Source of the DNA: OCS155 cluster bacterium AG-349-E07
Lineage (GTDB): Bacteria; Actinomycetota; Acidimicrobiia; Actinomarinales; Actinomarinaceae
Direction: 5' to 3'
Assembly: GCA_003281085.1 (NCBI GenBank)
Contig: QCCZ01000004.1
Span: forward strand, 3,419-67,418
Length of the DNA: 64,000 nt
The stretch's first letter is position 1; every line of letters begins with the position of its first letter. The position numbers were made by a program, and so were the translations under genes. Of this stretch, positions 49,431 through 56,560 are shown one piece after another. The notes beneath the pieces were generated by a model. It searched no databases and had not been told where the DNA came from. It worked only from the letters and a program-made list of their open reading frames with translations.

Positions 49431-50219
49431 GTGAAAAATCTTAAACTTTTATTTTTTCTTTTAACTTTTTCTTTTTGTTCCCAATCAAGTGAGATGACAA
49501 TGGGAATGCCTGAACCGTATTTTGGAGGAACTGAGGACATAGCTTTTTCTGAAACTTCTTTATCACGAGACGGGTCTTTTTCACAAGGCGACTATATTAT
49601 TAAAACTGCTTATGCAAGCACAGACGTAAGTTCCTCTAATTTTGAAAATACAATCGATGAAGTAGAAGATTTAGTTAAGAACTACAACGGCAATATTTCT
49701 AATACTTATCTTTCAACTAATTATCAAGGTCTTAAAAGTTATAACCTAACAATGAACATTCCAGCAGAAGAGTTTGAAAGTTTCCTATTGAAAGTAGAAG
49801 AAATTTCCAAATTTACAAATATCAATTTGAACGCAAATGATGTAACTAAATATGTGCTTGATATTGATTCAAGATTGAAATCATTAAAAGATGAGAAGAA
49901 AGCGCTTGAAGAAATAAAAGAAGAGGCAGTATCAACATCTGACAAACTTCAAGTACAATCTCAGCTTCGGTACATCAATCAAGATATACAAGTGCTTGAA
50001 GGACAAAAAGAATATTATGAAAATTCAGTATCGTACTCTACTTTGACTCTAGATATCAGAGAAGGTTCAGGAGTTTCATTATTTTCTTGGAATTATTATG
50101 TTCAAAGAGCTTTAAATTGGATTGAATCAATAATTGGTTTTGGTGTGTCATTTGGCATAATTGCTGTTCCATTGTTGCTGTTATTACTAGGGTTTAAAAA
50201 ATTTAGGTCTAAAAGCTAA
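49431..50219 (+). CDS. Lipoprotein with coiled-coil and C-terminal TM anchor (DUF4349-like)
   Basis: 262 aa with a GTG start and a signal peptide ending in the lipobox-like FSFC. It has a central coiled coil (LKSLKDEKKALEEIKEE) and a hydrophobic C-terminus. Confidence 0.55.
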   Translation: MKNLKLLFFLLTFSFCSQSSEMTMGMPEPYFGGTEDIAFSETSLSRDGSFSQGDYIIKTAYASTDVSSSNFENTIDEVEDLVKNYNGNISNTYLSTNYQGLKSYNLTMNIPAEEFESFLLKVEEISKFTNINLNANDVTKYVLDIDSRLKSLKDEKKALEEIKEEAVSTSDKLQVQSQLRYINQDIQVLEGQKEYYENSVSYSTLTLDIREGSGVSLFSWNYYVQRALNWIESIIGFGVSFGIIAVPLLLLLLGFKKFRSKS

Positions 50220-50290
50220 TGGCACTGTCTTACATTGGATTATTTTTAATCATTATTCTGCTTATAGTTTTTGGAAAAAAAATTAAATAA
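50219..50290 (+). CDS. Candidate 23-codon hydrophobic micro-ORF
   Basis: MALSYIGLFLIIILLIVFGKKIK. Its ATG overlaps the upstream stop as TAATG. It is a single TM-like helix with a Lys-rich end and was too short for the ORF track. Confidence 0.3.
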   Translation: MALSYIGLFLIIILLIVFGKKIK

Positions 50291-50294
50291 GAGC

Positions 50295-51098
50295 TTAATT
50301 TGGTTGATACGTTCCAAAAAATACTTGCCAGGCAAGACAAGTCTTTGCTAACAAACTAAGCCAAATGTAAGCTCTTTCTCCATATAAATAATCTTTCCAT
50401 TTACCTACTTGCTTGTATTGCAATATCATATTTATTGAAAAAGTATTAAAGAATAAAAATATACTTACAAAAATCCATACTACAAATTGTGGAACTCCCT
50501 GAGGGTTAGAGTCAGTTGCAACACCATCACCTATTAGATTTATAAATATAAAAATCCACGGGGCAACGCCAACTAAGCAGCCCATTATATAGCTTGTCCA
50601 GTCAACTTTTTCAGTATATTGATTATTAACTTCCATCATCCAACCAAACCAACACATTGCAGCATTCATGAAAAATATTCCAGCTAATGCCCATACGTCA
50701 TAAATTCCTACTAATAGAGCAATAAGAACAATCATCACTGATGCACTAATTGAGTATTCAATCCAACGCACCTTATTTATTCCTTTTGATAGGTCTTCTT
50801 TATATTTGTTGTAAAAAGGTCCAGAAATAAGGTAGTGAGCAACTGCTGAAGCAAGTAAGAAGGTTGCTACTGCTGGACCGAAGTTTGTAATCTCTCTCCA
50901 TACTTCAAGTTCAGGAACCAATGCAAAGCTTGAGGGATCTTCAGGAGAACCTACTCCTACTAATTGGGTTAATGTTACAGGTACAACAAAATCTGAGTTT
51001 ACGACAGTACCCAACCAAAAAAGTAAGCCACCCTGCAAAAGGTGTACAGTGCCCATGATGATATTGAATCTTTTAAGTTTCTTAATCTTAAGTTCCAT
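50295..51098 (-). CDS. Heliorhodopsin-family retinal-binding seven-helix membrane protein
   Basis: 267 aa, seven TM. The blocks HLLQ (His19), AHYLIS (His88), RWIEYSISASVMIVLIA (Glu114) and GERAYIWLSLLAKTCLAWQVF (Lys252) match my recollection of heliorhodopsin 48C12. A GAGGGA SD lies 4 nt before the ATG. Confidence 0.88.
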   Translation of the reverse strand: MELKIKKLKRFNIIMGTVHLLQGGLLFWLGTVVNSDFVVPVTLTQLVGVGSPEDPSSFALVPELEVWREITNFGPAVATFLLASAVAHYLISGPFYNKYKEDLSKGINKVRWIEYSISASVMIVLIALLVGIYDVWALAGIFFMNAAMCWFGWMMEVNNQYTEKVDWTSYIMGCLVGVAPWIFIFINLIGDGVATDSNPQGVPQFVVWIFVSIFLFFNTFSINMILQYKQVGKWKDYLYGERAYIWLSLLAKTCLAWQVFFGTYQPN

Positions 51099-51126
51099 GT
51101 TTCCCTCAATTAGAAATAATTAATAT

Positions 51127-51140
51127 AAGTTTAGTTTTTT
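51127..51140 (-). promoter_or_regulatory. 14-nt motif AAGTTTAGTTTTTT upstream of the heliorhodopsin gene (identical to 48270-48283)
   Basis: It is an exact 14/14 match to the nuoA-upstream copy. It lies 28 nt before the ATG here and 27 nt before the nuoA ATG, in the same orientation relative to the gene. Confidence 0.35.
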
Positions 51141-51152
51141 ATTTAGAATTAA

Positions 51153-51350
51153 ATGATGGATAAACAACTAATTTTTTCAGAAATTGAATCAATGATTTTT
51201 GACATTGAAACCGCAATTAAATCTCTTGCAAATTCAAGAGAGTATATCGCAGAAGATAATTACTCAAGAGCATTTACTCACTTGGCAGAAATAGAAATTG
51301 AATTGCAGACTTTGGCTGGAAGAGTGGCTTATATTAAATCAAGCCTTTGA
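51153..51350 (+). CDS. Small helical hypothetical protein (65 aa)
   Basis: The ORF is divergent from the heliorhodopsin gene across a 54-nt spacer. It has amphipathic, coiled-coil-like composition, and its 3' end overlaps the convergent ABC ATPase gene by 12 nt. I recognise no family. Confidence 0.4.
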   Translation: MMDKQLIFSEIESMIFDIETAIKSLANSREYIAEDNYSRAFTHLAEIEIELQTLAGRVAYIKSSL

Positions 51351-52364
51351 AGGAAAAGTAGTTACCTCAGAAATTTCAATATTAATTCTGTCACCAGCTT
51401 CATAAATAGTGTTTGGTAGTGATCTAGCTCTAAAAATTTCGCCCTTGCTATTTTGAAAGGATATGACTTGATCGTGTCCATAAAATGTACATTCCTTGAC
51501 TACATAATTTCCTTCTGTGTCTAAATTAAGTTCAATACACTCTGGCCTTATTGAAACATCTAAGGCACCGTCATAAGCTGAAACAAAAGTACCGAGAGAA
51601 GTCTCTACCATTCCATTCACAGAAAATCCTTTAAGAATATTAGGGTCACCAACTGAATTAGCGACTGTCTGACTTACTGGATTGAGATAAATCTCTTGTG
51701 GAGTCGCACTTTGAATAACACTTCCATTTTCTAAAACACTTACAACATCACATACAGAAAGTGCTTCCTCCTGATCGTGTGTGACTATTATTGCTGTTGT
51801 TTCTGTTTCTCTAAGAAGCAACATAACTTCATCTCTTAAATCTCTAGCCATGTGCGCATCTAAGCTTGTAAAAGGTTCATCTAAAAGAATAACTTCGGGA
51901 TTCGGTGCTATTGCTCTTGCAAGAGCGACTCTCTGCTGTTGGCCGCCTGAAAGTTCTTGTGGCAACTTGTTTCTATAACTACTTAAATTACACATATCAA
52001 TAACTTCTTCCAATCTTCCACTTTTAATTTGATGTTTTGATAAGCCAAATGCAATATTATCTTTTACATTTAAATGAGGAAATAATGCATAATCTTGAAA
52101 CACCATTCCAACATTTCTTTGTTCAGGTGGCAAATAAGTTTCATCACTAGAAATAACTTCATTCCTCATTTCAATTATTCCACTATCAGGTTTTTCAAAT
52201 CCAGCGATTAATCTAAGTGCTGTTGTTTTTCCTGAACCAGATACACCTAAAATTCCTACTATGGCGCCATTCCAAACATCAAGATTAAAATCAACAAGAA
52301 CTTTTTCAGATCCATAAGACTTAGCTACGGAACGAGCCCTAATTATTAAGCTATCATATACCAT
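51339..52364 (-). CDS. ABC importer ATP-binding protein (FbpC/PotA-like, with C-terminal regulatory/TOBE-type domain)
   Basis: 341 aa with Walker A GVSGSGKTT, signature LSGGQQQRVALARA and Walker B ILLDEP. Confidence 0.88.
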   Translation of the reverse strand: MVYDSLIIRARSVAKSYGSEKVLVDFNLDVWNGAIVGILGVSGSGKTTALRLIAGFEKPDSGIIEMRNEVISSDETYLPPEQRNVGMVFQDYALFPHLNVKDNIAFGLSKHQIKSGRLEEVIDMCNLSSYRNKLPQELSGGQQQRVALARAIAPNPEVILLDEPFTSLDAHMARDLRDEVMLLLRETETTAIIVTHDQEEALSVCDVVSVLENGSVIQSATPQEIYLNPVSQTVANSVGDPNILKGFSVNGMVETSLGTFVSAYDGALDVSIRPECIELNLDTEGNYVVKECTFYGHDQVISFQNSKGEIFRARSLPNTIYEAGDRINIEISEVTTFPSKA

Positions 52365-53920
52365 TAGTTATCTAAATTCCTTGTACTAAGTATATATGTA
52401 GGGAAAGCACTTATTGCCAAAAGAATAAATCCAGAAAAAGCTGCTTGTGTAAACAATGCTTCTGATGCATAAGACCATATGTCTACGGCCATTGTACTGA
52501 AGCCAGTTGGTCTTAATAATAATGTCTGGGGCAACTCTTTCATTGTTGAAAGAAACACTAATGCGGCACCAGCAAAAAGCCCCTTATAAATCAAGGGAAA
52601 TGTAACTTTAAAAAATGTATCTAATCTTGATAATCCAAGCCCTGCACTTGCTTCAATATAAGATACTTTTACTTGTTCCATTGATGCTTGTCCCCCTCCA
52701 ACAGCCTGTGGCAAAAATACAATCAAGTATGAGATTATTAGAGTTATAAAAGTTTGATAAATTGTAGGAAATATTTTTATCGTTATAAATAACATTGAAA
52801 TCCCAACTGCAATATGCGGTAGCCCATAAAGAGTAAGTGTGACTTTCTCAAATAAATCTCCAAATTTTGATTTGTATTGGGAAATCATTACAACTATTGG
52901 GGTAGCTATGATCATCGCAAAAAAAGATGTAACTGTTGCTGCGGTTAAAGAACCAGCAATGCCTGCTAACGATCCTGTAATTGGATTTCCATTAGATATA
53001 CCTCGAATTAACCAGTATGAGAGTACACAAACAGGTAAAAGTAAACTGAAAAAAATTAAAGTACCAAAAAATAGTAGAACTAAATATTTATTTCTTTTTG
53101 AGAGTTCTAACCTAACCGGCTCTCTAGGTGTGCCGGATACTTTTGCTGACTTACTCATCTCACTTCCTCTTTGAGCAAAACTTATGATCAGGGCAAGAAC
53201 AATTAAAATCGTTGAGTAAAAAATGACTGGATCACCATTTATATTTATTACATAATAAGAGTAGATTGCTTTTGTCATAGTTCCATACTTCATCAACGAA
53301 ACAGCACCAAAATCAGAAATAACATACAAACCTACTAAGAGTGATGAATATATCATAGGTTTTTTTAACCTTGGAATGACTACACTTGTATACATTTTTA
53401 TTCGTTTTACACCTAAAGATCTCGCAGCATCTTCTACTGTTGAATCTAAATTTCTTAAGGCACTACTGCAAATTAATTGAACATAAGGATATGTAAATAA
53501 TGTTAAAACAATCCAGCTTCCAACAAACCCTTCTATTCCAATTATTTCAGACAAACCATATCTAGAAAATATTTCAACAAATAAACCCTTAGGAGAAAAA
53601 ACAGATACATACGTTAAAGCTCCAATATAAGACGGAATTACTAGCGGTAAAATTGTTAAACTAAATAAAATTTTTGATCCAGGGAATTTATATCTAACAG
53701 TTAGGACAGAAATTGTTAAGCCAAGTAAAAGGCTTGTAAAAACAACTGCAAAAAAAAGCAATACGGTATTGAATAAAAGAGTCGATACATCCCATGAATT
53801 TAAAAAACGAGATAAATTTTTTGATAAATCTGCAAAACGCCAAAATAAATAAAAAAGTGGCATTAAAAATAAAGATAGGATTATAACGTTAGTTGTTAAT
53901 AAAAGTTTAGGTGTTTTCAC
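52364..53920 (-). CDS. Two-domain ABC importer permease (FbpB-like, Fe3+ type)
   Basis: 518 aa with two tandem 6-TM MetI-like halves, as in Fe(III)/thiamine-type permeases. Confidence 0.8.
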   Translation of the reverse strand: MKTPKLLLTTNVIILSLFLMPLFYLFWRFADLSKNLSRFLNSWDVSTLLFNTVLLFFAVVFTSLLLGLTISVLTVRYKFPGSKILFSLTILPLVIPSYIGALTYVSVFSPKGLFVEIFSRYGLSEIIGIEGFVGSWIVLTLFTYPYVQLICSSALRNLDSTVEDAARSLGVKRIKMYTSVVIPRLKKPMIYSSLLVGLYVISDFGAVSLMKYGTMTKAIYSYYVININGDPVIFYSTILIVLALIISFAQRGSEMSKSAKVSGTPREPVRLELSKRNKYLVLLFFGTLIFFSLLLPVCVLSYWLIRGISNGNPITGSLAGIAGSLTAATVTSFFAMIIATPIVVMISQYKSKFGDLFEKVTLTLYGLPHIAVGISMLFITIKIFPTIYQTFITLIISYLIVFLPQAVGGGQASMEQVKVSYIEASAGLGLSRLDTFFKVTFPLIYKGLFAGAALVFLSTMKELPQTLLLRPTGFSTMAVDIWSYASEALFTQAAFSGFILLAISAFPTYILSTRNLDN

Positions 53921-53961
53921 TTATTTAAGAATATATTGAAAAATTAGATAATAAAAGAAAA

Positions 53962-53991
53962 AATTCTGGTCAGATTTCTCTGACCAGAATT
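53962..53991 (-). terminator. Hairpin with flanking T-run between the binding-protein and permease genes (partial terminator or mRNA stabiliser)
   Basis: AATTCTGGTCAGA-TTTC-TCTGACCAGAATT forms a 13-bp perfect stem. It is followed by a T-run on the minus strand and lies 30 nt after the binding-protein stop. Confidence 0.6.
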
Positions 53992-54020
53992 TTTGGCTTA
54001 TGTTGATGCTGACCGAAGGA

Positions 54021-55139
54021 TTAATATCCTGCCTGAGCAATTAGTTCAACAGCTTTTTCTTGCCATAACGCTAATGCAGACCAGTTTAAGTTTGAAGGAG
54101 AGTTCAAGCTGTTTATATCTGGCAACAATTCGTTTGGCTCAATTCCTGCTACAAGAGGGAACTCATATACAGTGTTTGTAAATGTTTCTTGAGCTGATTT
54201 TGAATGTAAAAATTCAATGAACGCCATAGCTGCTGGTTTATTCTGGCTTGAGGACAAAATTCCAACACCTGCAGGCATAACCATTGCTCCACAACCACCA
54301 TCTAGGTACACATTCTTAATTGGAGCAGAAGAATCTTCTGCTAAAACTCTTAATGTGTAGTAATGGTTAATCATCCCAATATCAAGTTCTCCTGCAGCTG
54401 CAGCAGCAACTTGTGGAGAGTTCTTTGGATATTCTCCGTATCCAAGACCATTAATTGTTGTTAACCAATCTAGAACTTTTTCTTCACCATCTGATTCGAT
54501 CATACATGCAACCATTGCAATGAAAGATCCATTAGTTGGTGCTAAACCTAATCTATTTCTAAACTTTTCATCAGCAAGACCATAAATATCACTTGGCAAC
54601 TCTGCATCAGTGACGTCTCTTGTATCAACAACTAGAGACCTTGATCTTCCAGAAGTACCAACCCAGTATCCGTTTTTGTCTACCGCCCATGCTGGAACAT
54701 TGTCTAGAACGCTATCCGGAAGTCGGTCAAATAATCCTTCTTTGGCAATTACACCAAGGCTTACAGGATCTTGTGAAAAGAACACGTCTGCAGGACTAAT
54801 GGCACCTTCAAGAACAACTGTTCCTGCTAATGCCGGGCTTTTTGCATATCTTACTTCAACTTCAACACCTGAAGTTGCAGCAAATTCTGCAATGATATCT
54901 GCGACTAAGCTTTCTTTTCTACCACTATAAATTACTAGTGTTCCACCTACTTCGGCTTCTGGTTCAGAAAGTGCTGCTTCAACAGCAGCATCTATAGCTT
55001 CTTGTGATACTTCACCTGCTGGTCCTTGCGCACCTGCTGGTCCTTGCTCTCCTGCTGGTCCTTGCTCTCCTGCTGTTGGAGTACAAGCAGTTAAAACCAT
55101 CATTAAAGCAATCAAAGTAACTGTTAATTTTTTATTCAT
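54021..55139 (-). CDS. Fe(III)-type ABC substrate-binding lipoprotein (FbpA-like)
   Basis: I place the start at MNKKLTVTLIALMMVLTAC (ATG 55139; lipobox LTAC). After a GEQGPA-repeat linker comes GTLVIYSGRKESL...SPADVFFSQDP, typical of iron-binding SBPs. Confidence 0.78.
   Translation of the reverse strand: MNKKLTVTLIALMMVLTACTPTAGEQGPAGEQGPAGAQGPAGEVSQEAIDAAVEAALSEPEAEVGGTLVIYSGRKESLVADIIAEFAATSGVEVEVRYAKSPALAGTVVLEGAISPADVFFSQDPVSLGVIAKEGLFDRLPDSVLDNVPAWAVDKNGYWVGTSGRSRSLVVDTRDVTDAELPSDIYGLADEKFRNRLGLAPTNGSFIAMVACMIESDGEEKVLDWLTTINGLGYGEYPKNSPQVAAAAAGELDIGMINHYYTLRVLAEDSSAPIKNVYLDGGCGAMVMPAGVGILSSSQNKPAAMAFIEFLHSKSAQETFTNTVYEFPLVAGIEPNELLPDINSLNSPSNLNWSALALWQEKAVELIAQAGY
55014..55077. repeat. 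About 3.5 tandem copies of an 18-nt unit encoding GPAGEQ
   Basis: The plus strand reads acctgctggtccttgcgc / acctgctggtccttgctc / tcctgctggtccttgctc / tcctgctg.. It lies inside the SBP linker and is GC-rich relative to its surroundings. Confidence 0.85.
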
Positions 55140-55261
55140 TTTAACCTTTATTCGCTTAACTTTGTTAATAGTACTTAACAAATATAGTTAATGGTAATTT
55201 ATTTTTAGTTTTTTTTAAATTATAATTTATCCTTAGAAAGAGAATATTTTAATATAATAAA

Positions 55262-56281
55262 ATGGACTTACTTGAAAACGAAGGTGTACTGCTAATCAAC
55301 CTAGGGTCACCAAAAGAGCTAAACAAAAAATCCGTTAAAGAATATCTCCGTGTTTTTCTTTCAGATGACAATGTTGTAGATATACCAAAGTTTTTTCAAC
55401 AACTCATACTTCGTTTGTTCATTCTCCCCTTTCGACCAAAGAATACTTTAGAAGCTTATGAAAAAATTTGGACTAAAAATGGTTCACCATTAATTATTTC
55501 TACTGAAAGTATTGCGAATAAATTAACTAAAAAAACTGGCTGGCAAGTTGAGTATGCAATGAGATACGAAGAACCGAGTATTGAACAAGCATTAAATAGC
55601 TTCAAAAGAAAGGGTGTAAATAAAATTTATGTTATTTCTTTATACCCACACAACGCAATGGCGACAACTATAACCACAGAATTAGAAACTAGAAATGTGG
55701 CAATGAATATAGCAAATGACACTGAGTTAATATTTACAAAGCCATTTTTTGATAATGAAGAGTATATAAATGCAATGGTAAATTCAATTAAGCCCTTTGT
55801 TGAAAATCAATCATTTGACAAAATTATCTTTAGTTACCATGGGATACCTAAAAGGCAAGCAAAAAAGACAGACGGAACGGGTGAGCATTGTTTTTCAGTT
55901 TCCAATTGTTGTGAAATTGAAAACGAAGGTTCTAAAGACTGCTACAGGTCTCATACTCGAATAGCATCTGACTTAACCGCAAAGAAACTTGGTTTAAAAG
56001 ATGATCAGTGGGAAATAGCTTATCAATCAAGAATTGGTCCTGGATGGTTGACTCCATTTACTGACAAGAGATTAGCTAAACTTCCAGAAGAAGGTAAAGA
56101 CAATATTGCCATTTTATGTCCATCATTTATATCTGACTGTTTAGAAACTCTTGAAGAAATTGACATTCGTGGTAGAGAGACTTTTTTTAATGCAGGAGGT
56201 AAGAATATGACATACATACCTTGCTTGAATGATTCTGAAGATACGATAAATTTACTTGAAAACTTAGTGAGAGCTAGCTGA
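55262..56281 (+). CDS. hemH: Ferrochelatase (proto- or coproporphyrin type) with an internal 4-Cys insert
   Basis: 339 aa with GVLLINLGSP, the SYHGIP catalytic-His context and the C-terminal CPSFISDCLETLEEI. An insert C210-x5-C216-C217-x9-C227 is present. Confidence 0.9.
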   Translation: MDLLENEGVLLINLGSPKELNKKSVKEYLRVFLSDDNVVDIPKFFQQLILRLFILPFRPKNTLEAYEKIWTKNGSPLIISTESIANKLTKKTGWQVEYAMRYEEPSIEQALNSFKRKGVNKIYVISLYPHNAMATTITTELETRNVAMNIANDTELIFTKPFFDNEEYINAMVNSIKPFVENQSFDKIIFSYHGIPKRQAKKTDGTGEHCFSVSNCCEIENEGSKDCYRSHTRIASDLTAKKLGLKDDQWEIAYQSRIGPGWLTPFTDKRLAKLPEEGKDNIAILCPSFISDCLETLEEIDIRGRETFFNAGGKNMTYIPCLNDSEDTINLLENLVRAS

Positions 56282-56534
56282 TTTTACAGGTTTTTTTAAG
56301 CTTAAAGATTTAACAACAAACTTGCCTCCATTGCGGACAAACCACATAAAGCCAGCAAGAATATATGCATATGGACACATCATATTACTGATATTATACA
56401 TCAAATAGTAGAATACTAATAATGCAAAAAGATCCAAAGCTCGTTAGAAAATATGAACCAATCCTATGGTTGTTATTTTTTGGACTTACTTTTGCAGTTG
56501 GGTGTCCTGCATTTTAAAATTTTTATACTTTGAA

Positions 56535-56550
56535 GTTAACAGGTGTTAAC
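56535..56550. promoter_or_regulatory. Perfect palindrome GTTAACA-GG-TGTTAAC just upstream of the DtxR-family gene (candidate operator)
   Basis: The inverted repeat has 7-bp arms and a 2-bp spacer. It ends 10 nt before the ATG at 56561. Confidence 0.35.
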
Positions 56551-56560
56551 ATGAACAGTA

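Noticed and set aside
50295-51098. Whether the seven-helix protein is a type-1 (proteorhodopsin/actinorhodopsin-like) proton pump.
   Set aside because: I see no helix-3 D/N-T-D/E/Q triad and no type-1 helix-7 context around the lysine. The conserved blocks match heliorhodopsin instead.
55140-55261. A canonical IdeR/DtxR iron box (TTAGGTTAGCCTAACCTAA-like) or Fur box in the Fe-transporter/hemH divergent spacer.
   Set aside because: Reading both strands, I found no 19-bp palindrome close to either consensus. Only TTAAC/GTTAA half-sites are present, and these are reported separately at low confidence.
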